From the NCBI GenBank assembly GCA_977020255.1, contig CDROCS010000253.1, positions 4,278,001-4,342,000 of the forward strand: a DNA stretch of 64,000 bases, given 5' to 3'. Below, piece after piece: positions 49,194-60,679 of the stretch. Origin of the DNA: Obrimoposthia wandeli. Taxonomy: Eukaryota. The number at the start of each line of letters is the position of its first letter. Positions within the stretch are counted from its first letter, which is position 1. Below the pieces are notes generated by a model. The model ran no database searches and had not been told where the DNA came from. It worked only from the letters and a program-made list of their open reading frames with translations. The position numbers and the translations under genes were made by a program.

Positions 49194-49344
49194 AGGAACT
49201 CCTGACAATATATAAAATACTTGGCTCAATTCAACCATATTAACGTCAGTGGGGCAAATGATTACTTTAATTTTTTTAGTAAATCTATGATAATAGACAC
49301 TAACCTTAGTAAGAAAATATTTCCTGGTTAATTTCGTTTCTTTT

Positions 49345-50013
49345 ATGAACATACCCTCTTCTGAACAAGCACTCATGCAAAGCGCCCAAAACTTAGCCGG
49401 ATTAACCTTAGGTGAATTAGCTGAGCAAGCGGGTATTGCCATTCCAAAAGATTTAACCCGTAATAAAGGTTGGATAGGTTTATTACTGGAGCATGTTTTA
49501 GGCGCTAGTGCAGGTTCTAGGCCTGAGCCTGACTTCCCCCATTTAGGTATTGAGTTAAAGTCATTGCCTATTAATGAGCAAGCTAAACCCCTTGAAACAA
49601 CCTTTGTCAGTGTTGCGCCCTTAACAGGTCTTGTTGGAATAAATTGGCATAATTGCTATGTGCGTAAGAAATTAGCACGGGTATTATGGGTGCCAGTGAT
49701 CACGCCTAAAGATGTTCCAATAAGTGAGCGTATAGTGGGCACACCTTTTTTATGGTCACCCAACGCTGAAGAAGAGGCGTTATTAGCCCAAGACTGGCAA
49801 GAGCTTACTGACATGATAGTGCTTGGTGAGGTAGAAAATATTCATGGCAAACATGGACAAGTAATGCAGCTGAGACCCAAAGCTGCTAACAACAAAGTAA
49901 GAACCCAAGCCTTCGATCGTAATGGTAAACCTTTTATGACCTTACCACGTGGTTTTTACCTTAAGATTAACTTCACCCAAGCTTTACTACATCGTTATTT
50001 GCGAATTAACTAA
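49345..50013 (+). CDS. mutH: Mismatch-repair endonuclease MutH
   Basis: [51 protein letters not shown]. Confidence 0.95.
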   Translation: MNIPSSEQALMQSAQNLAGLTLGELAEQAGIAIPKDLTRNKGWIGLLLEHVLGASAGSRPEPDFPHLGIELKSLPINEQAKPLETTFVSVAPLTGLVGINWHNCYVRKKLARVLWVPVITPKDVPISERIVGTPFLWSPNAEEEALLAQDWQELTDMIVLGEVENIHGKHGQVMQLRPKAANNKVRTQAFDRNGKPFMTLPRGFYLKINFTQALLHRYLRIN

Positions 50014-50042
50014 CATAGTGCTGAATACCGTGCTGAACATCA

Positions 50043-50966
50043 TTAAAGTTTAGTCACATTTATCTCTTGAGAGATAGTAACCGTTTCTCCTGCTGCTATT
50101 GTTTGCCAGCTAGTATTTGCTGCTTCTAAACAAACATACTCTTGCTCACCTTGCGGATGAATATCTGCCATAGTGTTTGCTAGTTCCGTACCGGGATTCC
50201 ATAACACCCATTGCTGACAATTACTGCTTATTACATCTATTTTACGCTGCCATTGATTATCAATAACCGTCATTTTTTCACTGCTATGATATTCACGATC
50301 TATTTCACCGACACAACTTACAGACTCTTGCTGAGTACTTGAATTGCCCGTGAGTTTGTCACTATAACGAACTCCTGTTAATGCATCGATACTGACCTTG
50401 CTTGGATTACTGACCGTAAAGTAACTATGTAGGGCAGCAGAGTATTGTGCATCCTCTAAAGAGTCATTACTCATCGTCAGTGTTTGTTTAAGGTTACGAC
50501 CAAAAAATAAGGTTTGCGTTAGCCTATAGGCATTAGGCCAGAGCGGGTGCTGGTTCTTGCCGGTTACTACTAACACTAAGGTAACACCATTTTCATCAGC
50601 CTCAATGCTTGCTAACTGCCAAGATAGCTGACGAGCAAAACCATGGTTGACCGCTTTGAGTTCTGTGTCTGGATTCTTAGCAATATATTGGCTTTGTTTA
50701 TCGTTAGCACCAAACCAAGGCCAGCACAAAGGGATACCACCTCTAATCGCTTTTCCCATTTGATAGCTAGCATTGTTACTTAACCATAGGACGTCTTTAT
50801 GATCAGTAGGTTTAAAGCTTAATACCTGACCACCGTATAAGCTTACCTTTGCTTGGCAATAGGCATGAGAAATATTGAGCCCCTCAAAACATTCTTCCCC
50901 ATTTTCTTGGTTTAGTGTGATTGAAGTAACTTGAGCAAAATTATTATCTAGTGGTATTTTTTTCAT
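50043..50966 (-). CDS. D-hexose-6-phosphate mutarotase (aldose 1-epimerase family)
   Basis: GGQVLSF, VLWLS, AIRGGIPLCWPWFG, HGFAR, ALHSYF, VLWNPG, VCLEAA. Confidence 0.9.
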   Translation of the reverse strand: MKKIPLDNNFAQVTSITLNQENGEECFEGLNISHAYCQAKVSLYGGQVLSFKPTDHKDVLWLSNNASYQMGKAIRGGIPLCWPWFGANDKQSQYIAKNPDTELKAVNHGFARQLSWQLASIEADENGVTLVLVVTGKNQHPLWPNAYRLTQTLFFGRNLKQTLTMSNDSLEDAQYSAALHSYFTVSNPSKVSIDALTGVRYSDKLTGNSSTQQESVSCVGEIDREYHSSEKMTVIDNQWQRKIDVISSNCQQWVLWNPGTELANTMADIHPQGEQEYVCLEAANTSWQTIAAGETVTISQEINVTKL

Positions 50967-51118
50967 GGTGTGAACTAATGTGGTTAGGTTATGAAACGGT
51001 AAATTCTATAAGCAGTTAAATTCTATAAAAAGAAGAGGTTGTTTGATAGCATAAAATATTACCGCTCACCTTTTACTTATACTCATGACCAATCAAGATG
51101 CATGGTTATGGACATCTA

Positions 51119-53326
51119 TTACCAGTTCTTACCTATCGATAAGAAGAATGAATATTTTCCGCTCGTCGCAAAGCCCATGCCTAATACTGCTGGACCAAAA
51201 CTGGTATCGGTACCAAGGTAAATGCTGCCAGAACTGATCAAGTCATTATATTTAATATTTTTTTCAACCCCCCAAACATTACCAGCTTCTAAACTTGTAC
51301 CCAAATAAATAGGTAAGCCTGAACCACCAGGTATTTCACGGCCTAAATCATATTGATAGACAACCGCAGCAAAGACTTTATGTACACCAATTAGCGCATC
51401 TTCTTGGTAACCTGAAAGATTTAAAAATCCGCCTAATTCAGTAACATGAACACTAAAATCACTTTCATTATCGATAGTGGCAAAGGAGGCTATTCCAACA
51501 AAAGTATGACCTCTAATCCCTATAGCGCCACGCCAATCAAGGGTATAGGTAATTGCCTTATCTTCTTCTATGTCACTTAGTTGAGGAGAATATTCATCTT
51601 TTAACCACTTCACTTCAATTAATAATTTATTACCATCAGTGGGGAAATTAATACTATCAAGCGTATCGTAACCAAAGGTTATAAAACTACCGTAACTGTC
51701 ATAATCAAAATCATCAGTACCTGGTTTATCAAGAGAAAGATCACCTGTCTCAGCAATGAGTCCTAACTCAATGATTCCCTTAAAGGAATAATCATAGCCC
51801 AATGCTACCGTCCCTTGATAATACTCATTTCTGAGCTCTTCACGAAGATTTGTTTTCTCCCATTTATCTTGGGCAAAAGAGACTCTTGCTCTACTATATA
51901 TATCATGGCTGTGATTAAGCGGTTGATAGAACTCACTCGCCAGTAAACTTTCCCAACCCAGTTCAAGCTCGTTTAACCAACGCCCGCCATTCATCGAAAC
52001 ATTTGTCATCAAATAAGACATATTGATTGACGTAATAGATTGGTCAGAAAAATCTGTTTTTAAGTTAAAACCAAAATCAAAATAATTGGGTCCCCAAGAC
52101 TTAGCTTGAGTAGTTAAAGTGATAATTCGTCCTTCTGGCGAATCATCAAATTCAACCGTGACTTGCTCAAATTTATCTAACGCATAGACCCTATTTATAG
52201 CTAAATCCAATGCTTCTTTAGTAAGTTTTTTTCCTAACTCAACCGCAAAAACTTTCTCAATTATGTCGTTCTCTACTTTGGAGTTATTGTTAATTTTAAT
52301 CTTTGTTATATGTCTGGGTAAAGCATCAAACCACTTTTTTGCCTTCAGCTTTTTTTTATTTTTATAGGCTTGATAATCAACATCATTGATTGCTAGTTTC
52401 ATCAACGCTTGTGATTGTGCCTGCGCTTCCTGCTCACCTAACTTCAGGGCTTGTGGCATAACAGACCAGTCAGTAGTACTTAACTTATCAATAGCGGGAC
52501 GCAACAAAATATCTCTATCTGTAAGTAATGCCTTTTGCGCCAAACTAGTATTGTTGGTGAGAATTGTAGATAACTGATTGAGCACCGATACCGTACTGGT
52601 TAGCTCACTTTGTTCAGCGAGTGGCGAACCTATATCAATAGCAATAACAATATCGGCGCCCATTGCTTTGATTACATCAATGGGCATGTTATTGGTAATG
52701 CCCCCATCTACTAGTGTTTTACCATCAATTTCTACGGCTGCTACAATTCCGGGGACCGCTGCTGAGGCTTTCATAGCTTCATTAACGCTACCGGAGTCAA
52801 GCACGACCATTTTCGCTGTAGCTATGTCTGAAGCAACAGCGCGATAAGGGATTGCTAAATCATCAAAACTGTCAAAAGAGCTAACAGTATCCGTTGAGCG
52901 TTGCAGTATTTGGTAAGCACTTTGACCTAACAACAACCCATGGGGAACTTTAAACTCACCATCGCTATAACCTAATCGTATTGATAAGTTATACCTATCT
53001 CTATGCTGTTTTTTATCATAAGCCAATGATTCTCTGGGTATAAAGTCAGAATAACTTTCATCCCAAGGCATACCTAGCATAATGGCTTCAATTTCACTCA
53101 CTTCATAACCTAACGCGTACATTCCACCAACATAGGCGCCAATACTGGTACCCACCACATAATCGATCGGAATATTATGCTGTTCGAGTACTTTAAGTAC
53201 ACCAATATGGGCTGTGCCCTTAGCCCCTCCTCCACTTAACACCAGACCAATTTTGTCTCTCGCATGAGCCGGAAATGCCAAAGCAGTAAGTTGCAGTATT
53301 AAAGAACAGATAATAATAAAACGCAT
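51119..53326 (-). CDS. Patatin-POTRA-beta-barrel lipase (PlpD / type Vd-like)
   Basis: Signal peptide, LVLSGGGAKG, GTSIG, DGG, WGPNYF, C-terminal FLSIGKNW. Confidence 0.88.
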   Translation of the reverse strand: MRFIIICSLILQLTALAFPAHARDKIGLVLSGGGAKGTAHIGVLKVLEQHNIPIDYVVGTSIGAYVGGMYALGYEVSEIEAIMLGMPWDESYSDFIPRESLAYDKKQHRDRYNLSIRLGYSDGEFKVPHGLLLGQSAYQILQRSTDTVSSFDSFDDLAIPYRAVASDIATAKMVVLDSGSVNEAMKASAAVPGIVAAVEIDGKTLVDGGITNNMPIDVIKAMGADIVIAIDIGSPLAEQSELTSTVSVLNQLSTILTNNTSLAQKALLTDRDILLRPAIDKLSTTDWSVMPQALKLGEQEAQAQSQALMKLAINDVDYQAYKNKKKLKAKKWFDALPRHITKIKINNNSKVENDIIEKVFAVELGKKLTKEALDLAINRVYALDKFEQVTVEFDDSPEGRIITLTTQAKSWGPNYFDFGFNLKTDFSDQSITSINMSYLMTNVSMNGGRWLNELELGWESLLASEFYQPLNHSHDIYSRARVSFAQDKWEKTNLREELRNEYYQGTVALGYDYSFKGIIELGLIAETGDLSLDKPGTDDFDYDSYGSFITFGYDTLDSINFPTDGNKLLIEVKWLKDEYSPQLSDIEEDKAITYTLDWRGAIGIRGHTFVGIASFATIDNESDFSVHVTELGGFLNLSGYQEDALIGVHKVFAAVVYQYDLGREIPGGSGLPIYLGTSLEAGNVWGVEKNIKYNDLISSGSIYLGTDTSFGPAVLGMGFATSGKYSFFLSIGKNW

Positions 53327-53483
53327 GATAGTTACTTAGAAAAGAGTTAATTAAGTATAAGAAGTATCACAATGATAATGATAAGAAGTTAAAATACAAG
53401 TTTATTCTCTTGATGCCATATTCTGATTGCATAGCGCTATATAGTTCGCGGCGCTATTTCAATCGTTGAAGCTATTAAAATAG

Positions 53484-53523
53484 AAAACCCTGTGTTTAAA
53501 ATGGTATTTAAAACACAGGGTTT
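53484..53523 (-). terminator. Terminator of the amidohydrolase operon
   Basis: AAACCCTGTGTTT..AAACACAGGGTTT. Confidence 0.75.
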
Positions 53524-53569
53524 ATTTAATAGTACATAAACGTTCAATGAATACTCAAACGTTCATGAA

Positions 53570-54871
53570 TTATTTAGTGTACGCTCGTGGCATATCAGTC
53601 TCAGCGGTATAGCGCTCGCGTAATACATCTTGGCGTGACTTTAATGACATCGCTTGTCCGTTAATCCACATAGCATCAACTTTACTACTTATTTCAAACG
53701 GGTCATTACTCCATAAGACTAAGTCAGCATTTTTACCAACAGCGATACGGCCAGCGTTTAAGTAAAAACTATCAGCAACGTTGGCCGTAATTGCCGCTAA
53801 AGCGGTAGTTGCCGCTAAACCATTGGCAACCGCCACACCCGCATCAAAACGTAATTGATTGATATTGTAGCTTTCTCCACTATTACTGATGATCACTTGT
53901 ACACCAGATTTTGTCAATTTAGCAATATTGGTAAGAGAGTTATGCAAGGAGTCAAAGCTACCAGGTAAGTTATCAATCGCACTCATCATCACGACAACAC
54001 CTGCTTTAACTATCTCATCACTCACTAAAATCGCATCACTTGCGCCAGCGAGTATCAAGTTAAGGTTAAACTTATCTTTTAATTTAAGTAGCGCTAAGAT
54101 ATCAGTCGCTCTATCGGCATAAGCAATTAACGGCTTATCACCCGATAATAACTCATTTAGAACCAGCTCTGAACGTGATGGTGTTTTGACTTCTTTCTCA
54201 TCTTTTTCTTTACCTTTACTACTAGCCTTAGCTTTTTCTGCTTTAGCTAACTTTTTTTGCGCATCTTCAAGCTCATTGCTTAATGTTTGTAATTTCATTG
54301 CGCGAGAGCCTTTTTGACTAGCTCCCAGCGAAACAATCACTGCATTTTTCGGCATGATTACACTGTCAAAATCCCCTGATAAATTAACAACGAAGCTTTG
54401 GCCAGTAATAACTTCTTCTCCACCATAGGGCATAACTAAACTACTGGTAATCCCCCCCTTACGAGCATAGGCAATTAGCGTAGATTTAGGATTAAAGGCT
54501 AAACTGGCATCAAAAGTAATATCAGCTTTTTTATCCGAGCTATCGCGAGTATCAGAAACAGCCCCCACTTCAACTAAACCAAGTAAGTTACCTGTGGCTA
54601 TAAAACCTGGCGTTAAAATACGTCCTTTGGCATCAATAATAGTGTCTGCGCCAATTGGCTCTGGCACTTCACTTTTATTGTATATAGCGGTAATTATCCC
54701 ATCGTCAACCATAACGGTTGCTTGTGATAAAACACCCTGTTTTGACACGGTATAAACGGTGGCGTTAGTGATTGCGATTGACTCTGCACTAACTTGGCTG
54801 GTAGTCACGGCAAGTAAACCAAACAAAGCATAACGCAATGAAGTAAGTAATTGAGTATTTTTCATTGTCAT
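53570..54871 (-). CDS. Exported amidohydrolase-fold protein lacking metal ligands
   Basis: AITNATVYT, IDAKGRILTPGFIA(TGN), GRIAVGKNADLVLW; HxH absent. Confidence 0.8.
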   Translation of the reverse strand: MTMKNTQLLTSLRYALFGLLAVTTSQVSAESIAITNATVYTVSKQGVLSQATVMVDDGIITAIYNKSEVPEPIGADTIIDAKGRILTPGFIATGNLLGLVEVGAVSDTRDSSDKKADITFDASLAFNPKSTLIAYARKGGITSSLVMPYGGEEVITGQSFVVNLSGDFDSVIMPKNAVIVSLGASQKGSRAMKLQTLSNELEDAQKKLAKAEKAKASSKGKEKDEKEVKTPSRSELVLNELLSGDKPLIAYADRATDILALLKLKDKFNLNLILAGASDAILVSDEIVKAGVVVMMSAIDNLPGSFDSLHNSLTNIAKLTKSGVQVIISNSGESYNINQLRFDAGVAVANGLAATTALAAITANVADSFYLNAGRIAVGKNADLVLWSNDPFEISSKVDAMWINGQAMSLKSRQDVLRERYTAETDMPRAYTK

Positions 54872-54876
54872 TCCTA

Positions 54877-56427
54877 TTATTTGCTTTCTGGCTTGTTTAC
54901 AGTTTCAGTTACTAATTTACTTACTGGACTGTTAACGACTTTACTCACGTGATTATCTAGCTGTTGACCAAGTAAAAAATCACTTTTAGCTTGGTATTTA
55001 TCATCCAAACGATCATAAACTTTAGCACCATCAATAAATACCTGTTCAGCTTGAGCATAAACACTAAACGGATTCATATTCCACACCACAACATCAGCAT
55101 TTTTACCTACTTCTAGACTACCCACTTCATCGTTAATACCTAAAGATTTAGCTGCATTAGCGGTGATCCATTTAATGGCATCTTCTTCTTTTAGAGCAAA
55201 ACCATTTTCATTGGCGCGGTACATCACTTTCGCCGCTTCTTGGTTTAAACGTTGAATAGTTGTAGATGAATCAGAATGCACCACTGCACAGGAGTTTTTC
55301 ACTGCATCAACAATGGCAACATTCTCTTCAACCATGTCATAAGCTTCCATTTTAAAACCCCACCAATCTGGCCACATGGCTACACAGTTGCCATTGACAG
55401 CTAATAAGTCGGCAATTTTGTAACCTTCAATGGCATGGTGAAAGGTGCCTGAGTGATAATTAAATTCATTACCAAGGTCAATCATTACGGCCATCTCTTC
55501 CGCTTTATAACAATGGTTATGAATTAAAATTTCACCATCTAAAACCCCCATTAACGTATCGAGTGCTAGATCACGTGCTGGTGCCTCAGGGTTTTTACCT
55601 ACACGGTAGGCACTGTCATATTTATCCCAAGCACGTTTATATTCTGTGGCCGCAAGCCAAGCGCTTCGATAACCGGCAACATTCCCCATACGGGTAGAAG
55701 GTAAAACTTTTCGACTGCCATAAACACGTTTTGGGTTTTCACCACAAGCCATTTTTAAGCCATAAGGTGCACCGGAAAATTTCATACCTTGCATAGTTTC
55801 ACTCGGCACGTTGCGTAATGTAACACCGCGACCACCAAATAAGTTAGCTGAACCAGGTAAAATCTGTAAGCTAGTTACCCCGCCAGCACGCGCTGCTTGA
55901 AAGGCTGGATCTTGTGGCCAAACACTATGTTCAGCCCAAACTTCCGACGTATTAGGAGAAGTCATCTCATTACCATCGGAATGTGATTCTACTTCTGGGT
56001 TAGGATAAACTCCTAAATGAGAGTGAACATCAATAATACCTGGCGTGATCCATTTGCCTTTCATATCAATAACAGTGACTTGTTCTGCGGATAAATCATT
56101 ACCTACTTGCACTACTTTGCCATTAACTAGCAGTATGTCAGCATCGTTTAGACGCTCCCCCGTACCGGTTAATATTGTAGCATTGGTTAGTAAAGTGCTT
56201 TCAGCGGGCAGCACTTGGTAGGTGCTCGGGTAAGGGTTTTTGTTGATGACAACTTTAGTATCTTGTTTTTCATTGGGTAAACAAGCTGTTAAACCTAACG
56301 ACAACATACTGGTAGAGAGTAAGGTGAATACAAATTTTTTACTAATAACCTGACTAATAAGTTGATGAGAAAACTTATTATTTGAACCTAAGATAGCTAA
56401 ATTACGTGATAATGAATTTTTAAGCAT
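54877..56427 (-). CDS. Amidohydrolase-family lipoprotein
   Basis: Lipobox LTAC; PGIIDVHSHLG, KMACGENPK, HNHC, HHA, HSD, GSLEVGKNAD. Confidence 0.85.
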   Translation of the reverse strand: MLKNSLSRNLAILGSNNKFSHQLISQVISKKFVFTLLSTSMLSLGLTACLPNEKQDTKVVINKNPYPSTYQVLPAESTLLTNATILTGTGERLNDADILLVNGKVVQVGNDLSAEQVTVIDMKGKWITPGIIDVHSHLGVYPNPEVESHSDGNEMTSPNTSEVWAEHSVWPQDPAFQAARAGGVTSLQILPGSANLFGGRGVTLRNVPSETMQGMKFSGAPYGLKMACGENPKRVYGSRKVLPSTRMGNVAGYRSAWLAATEYKRAWDKYDSAYRVGKNPEAPARDLALDTLMGVLDGEILIHNHCYKAEEMAVMIDLGNEFNYHSGTFHHAIEGYKIADLLAVNGNCVAMWPDWWGFKMEAYDMVEENVAIVDAVKNSCAVVHSDSSTTIQRLNQEAAKVMYRANENGFALKEEDAIKWITANAAKSLGINDEVGSLEVGKNADVVVWNMNPFSVYAQAEQVFIDGAKVYDRLDDKYQAKSDFLLGQQLDNHVSKVVNSPVSKLVTETVNKPESK

Positions 56428-56552
56428 TGTAATCCTTGTAGCGAAATATAATGCTGCACACCATAAATTTATTTTGATAAAACAACAAGGTTATGACGAC
56501 AAGTAGTCACTTATCTACGTTTAATGACAAGAGCTACTCTAAATAATCACTG

Positions 56553-58746
56553 TTAAGCAACGACTACCTTATTTCTGCCACTATTTTTTGCTTGATAAAG
56601 AGATTTATCCGCATGGGCAACAAAAGTCTCTGCATTAATAAAATAATCACTTTGCCACTGACTTACTCCGATACTAACTGTTACTGATATTTGTTTTTTG
56701 GCAACCTTTATTTCAAGTTTTGATATTTTTTTACGTAAACGTTCAGCAAATTTTTGTGCATTAACTAATTTAGTATTTGGCATAATAATCACGAATTCTT
56801 CTCCGCCAATACGGGCAACAACGTCGCTACTGCGTACTGCTTTAACGCAAGTTTGATAGAACAACACCAAAACTTCATCTCCCACCCCATGACCATAACT
56901 ATCATTGACACGTTTAAAGTGATCAATATCTAGCAGCATAATAGATAGAGGTCTGCCATGATGATTAACATTGGCGATTTCTTGATCAAGTACCTCATTG
57001 AAGTGATGACGGTTAACTGCGCCTGTTAAGGCATCGGTCAATGCTAACTGTTGAAAATGATCCTGCTGAGATTTTCGATACTTAATCTCTTTTTGTTGCT
57101 GAGTAACCGTAGCTTTATAAACATCACCTTGGAGTAGTTTACGTCGCATTTTTTCAAAAGCTAGTTGCATAGAGCCAATTTCATCTTTGCTATCGGCATA
57201 ATTAAAGTGGATGTTATTCTGCCCTTCCGACATATCATTTAGTGCATAGGTGAGTTTTCTTACTGGGCTAATAATGCTGTAGTTAAGCACTAACGCAAAG
57301 AATATAGCCGCTAATAAAAATACAGAAATAGCAAAAATAATTAAATAACGTTCTGTTTTTAATTGATGACTTTCACTATATATTTGTTCATTGAATTCAT
57401 GAATGAGTCCTTCAACCACACTATTTAAATTATCTATTTTTTCTGACATAACCTTAAACCACCTCTCGACTCTGGCATCTTTATTGGTAAGATGCATAGT
57501 TTTCAGATAAGAAAGTTCAAGTTGTGTACGTTGGAAGATTGCATCACAATATTCTCCACAAATTGATGCTTGCGTTAAGCTGGCTGAATTAGTAAATGTT
57601 CTCAGAGTATTGATTTGCTTACCAATAAGCAAACTAATATCTGTATTTTTATAAAGTTCAGTTTGATGACCTTCTGTCATTTTCATACCTATGGCTCGAA
57701 TTTGCCCCATAAACTCTTTAAAACGTAACATAGCATTAATGGCTAAAATATCATTGACGTAGCTTGAGCCTATTTCTATATGAACTAAGCAATCAGATAC
57801 CGAAAGAAGTTGCTCAATTAGCTGCGTGTAAGCATGGTAAGTATCATCAAAACTAACCATCTTCTGGTCTAAGTGCATTCTATGACGTGACAAGTTGGCG
57901 ACAGTTTGCTGTACATTGAGGATATACTCACTAATATGATGCTTCACTTCTCTATTATAAGGCTGTTCAAGTAGCCATAGAAAATGCTGAATCTTATTAT
58001 CCGTACTTTCTCGACGTTTGCTTAATTGTTCAATAAAATTTTTATAATTTGAACTGGTATAACCGGTAGATAAACCACGCTCTGCCTGTAACGAATGACT
58101 TATGTTATTGACCTCTTCAATTACGGCGTTAAGTCCTAAAACCATGCTGATGTTTTGATAACGTTGATTGTTTTCCTTTAGAAAGAATAAATGAACACAG
58201 TAGCAGCACGGCCGCAACAGGGAGCAGTGTTGTGATTAGAACGCGATGACTCAAAATAAGATGATTCGACAACTTTACTGAAAAAAAGTGTAACCAAGAA
58301 GCCTTGGTTTTTTTTTGATTTTTATGTTGGTCTAATTGCTGATAACAATGAATTGCGGGGACATAATCTAGATCTTCTTCTAAGATATGCTTGATTAACC
58401 ATTGTTGTAAAAAGAGTATTATTTGCTCTTTTACTACCTCTTGTTCGATAACCTCAGTAAACCATTGTTGCTTTAAGTGGGGAATTTTTTCAATGAACTT
58501 TTGGTGGCTCTGCTTGTGAGCATCAAGCTGCTGATAGTCAATTTTAGTTAAAAGCGCCTCTTCTCTAGCAAAGTGTGACTGACAGTAAACTTCAAGTTTT
58601 TCAAAAATAAGGCTAACACTTTCTTGTTGCCGTCTCTCATTTTTGGCTGACATTAATTGCGCTAAAATGGCAATGAGTTGTTTATGATCCTCGTCTAGGC
58701 GATCAATGCCCACGCTCATACCTTGTTCCCAAACTAGTTCATCCAT
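56553..58746 (-). pseudogene. Hemerythrin-TM-NIT-TM-HAMP-GGDEF diguanylate cyclase split by a 1-nt frameshift (ORFs 58129-58746 and 56553-58217)
   Basis: Hemerythrin WEQGMSVG..DEDH, HFAREE, HKQSH, HILEED; NIT HSLQAERGLS and FKEFMGQIRA; DALTG, RSSD, GGEEF; frames cross inside TM1. Confidence 0.8.
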
Positions 58747-58873
58747 ACGTACCCTACAATTCCCTTTTATAGCACTCGAGATAAATCAAGCATCAAGATG
58801 CTTATCTAATCTACGATAAGCTTCGAAAGTTTATAGAAGAAAAAGATAAGTTACCAATGAAAAAAGGCTATTT

Positions 58874-59497
58874 TCATCTTCTTTTTTTAACAAAGATGGA
58901 TAGGATCAAAACTTTGATTTTTTTATAGCGAAATGCTAATAAGGCAACAGTTAACAGCAGGTAAAATAAGGGCGAAATAATCTCTGATTTAACCGACCAA
59001 TAAAAGTGTACTGACACTAAAATGGCAATAAGATAACTGTAATTATGCAAACTTTGCCATGATTTACCCATTTTACGTTTAATACTATTAAGGGAAGTAA
59101 CTGCAAGCGCTGATAATAAAATAAAAGCAATCATACCAATAGTAATGTATGGACGTTTAACCACTTCGTTAAAAAATAATGACCAAGCAAGCTGTAAATC
59201 AAAGACCAAAAAGTTAAGTAAATGCATAAACGCATAGCTGAAAGTATATAAGCCGAGTAAACGCCTTACTTGTAATAAATAGCCCTGCTTAAATTTTTTG
59301 GCAATAGGCGAAACAGTCAGTGTTACCAATAACAAGTTAAAAGCACCAATACCGGTAAAATGAATGACTTCCTGTAAGGGATCAGCGCCAAGTCGATCAT
59401 TAAAAGCAAGATAATATAAATTTAGTAAAGGTAAAAATATCGATAGATGAATAACGACTTTTAATAATAAAACTTTATTCGATGTAGTGAAAACCAT
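58874..59497 (-). CDS. msrQ: Methionine sulfoxide reductase heme subunit
   Basis: LGADP, HFTG, RRLLGLY..Y..H, KRPYITIG, WQSLH..Y, HFYW. Confidence 0.93.
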   Translation of the reverse strand: MVFTTSNKVLLLKVVIHLSIFLPLLNLYYLAFNDRLGADPLQEVIHFTGIGAFNLLLVTLTVSPIAKKFKQGYLLQVRRLLGLYTFSYAFMHLLNFLVFDLQLAWSLFFNEVVKRPYITIGMIAFILLSALAVTSLNSIKRKMGKSWQSLHNYSYLIAILVSVHFYWSVKSEIISPLFYLLLTVALLAFRYKKIKVLILSIFVKKRR

Positions 59498-59511
59498 ATA
59501 ACAACAAAGCC

Positions 59512-60528
59512 CTAATAATACTTATTTAAATCCATATTTTTATACATATCCGCTACTTGTTCACCATAACCATTAAAAGGTAAGGTCTCAATACGGTTTC
59601 GAGCAAACAAACCGCCAGAGGTTATCCGCCTTTCACTGGCTTGACTCCATCTTGGATGATCGTGTGCTGGATTTACATTGGCATAAAAACCATATTCATT
59701 GGGTGCCAGTTTTTGCCATGTTGTTTGTGGTTTTTTACTGACTAATTTAATACTAACAATCGATTTAATACTCTTAAAGCCATACTTCCATGGCACAACT
59801 AGACGGATGGGTGCGCCATTTTGTGGTGGTAAGGTTTTACCATATAAACCGACACTCATTAAGGTGAGAGGATTCATCGCTTCATCAATACGCAACGCTT
59901 CCACGTAGGGGAAATGGATACCACCACCTAAACGTCTATCATCTTGACCTGGCATTTGTTCAGGGTCATGAAGCGTTTCAAAAACCACATATTTAGCGGA
60001 TGAGTTTGGTGCGACTTTTTTTAATAAATTAGCTAAAGAAAAACCAATCCAAGGGATCACCATTGACCAAGCCTCAACGCAGCGAAGTCGATAAATGCGT
60101 TCTTCTAGGGCAAATAGTGTCGTTAAATCATCATAATCTAACGTAATGGGGTTATCGCATTCACCCGAAATAGTTAGCTGCCAAGGATTCACTTTAAAAT
60201 GTTGAGACAATTCAGCTGGTTGATTTTTTTTAGCGCCAAATTCATAAAAGTTATTGTGGCTAATAACTTTTTTTTCCGGAGTTTTAATTAAAGAAAGGTT
60301 ATCTTTATCCGAAGTAAACTTTAATGGCATTGTTTTGAAACTACCTGAGCCAACATCTTTACTATCAAAAAAACCTGCACTGGCTGTTTTAGATATTGCT
60401 GAACCTAATAGAGCACCAGCACCGAGAAAGCCCATATTTTTTATAAGTTTACGGCGTTGTATATAGACTGATTCATCAGTAATTTCGGATGTTTTTAGAG
60501 CGGATTTAGATGGGGTTTTTATCAACAT
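59512..60528 (-). CDS. msrP: Methionine sulfoxide reductase molybdopterin catalytic subunit
   Basis: Tat [55 protein letters not shown]. Confidence 0.95.
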   Translation of the reverse strand: MLIKTPSKSALKTSEITDESVYIQRRKLIKNMGFLGAGALLGSAISKTASAGFFDSKDVGSGSFKTMPLKFTSDKDNLSLIKTPEKKVISHNNFYEFGAKKNQPAELSQHFKVNPWQLTISGECDNPITLDYDDLTTLFALEERIYRLRCVEAWSMVIPWIGFSLANLLKKVAPNSSAKYVVFETLHDPEQMPGQDDRRLGGGIHFPYVEALRIDEAMNPLTLMSVGLYGKTLPPQNGAPIRLVVPWKYGFKSIKSIVSIKLVSKKPQTTWQKLAPNEYGFYANVNPAHDHPRWSQASERRITSGGLFARNRIETLPFNGYGEQVADMYKNMDLNKYY

Positions 60529-60679
60529 AAATGGTCCTACTAGTTTTCTAAACAGGTGATTAACCTAATAGACACATTTTTATGATAAATAATTTCAATA
60601 ATAACTTTATAATTAGCCAGAGAGATAAACACTCACTAACATTTTAATCAAAGATTAGTGAGTATAAAAATAATTATGG

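Noticed and set aside
49194-49442. N-terminal extension of rppH in the ORF track
   Set aside because: Overlaps divergent mutH; the conserved RppH start is the GTG at 49193
53369-53392. Possible Fur box upstream of the patatin gene (GATAATGATAAG)
   Set aside because: Only one half-site matches, about 13/19
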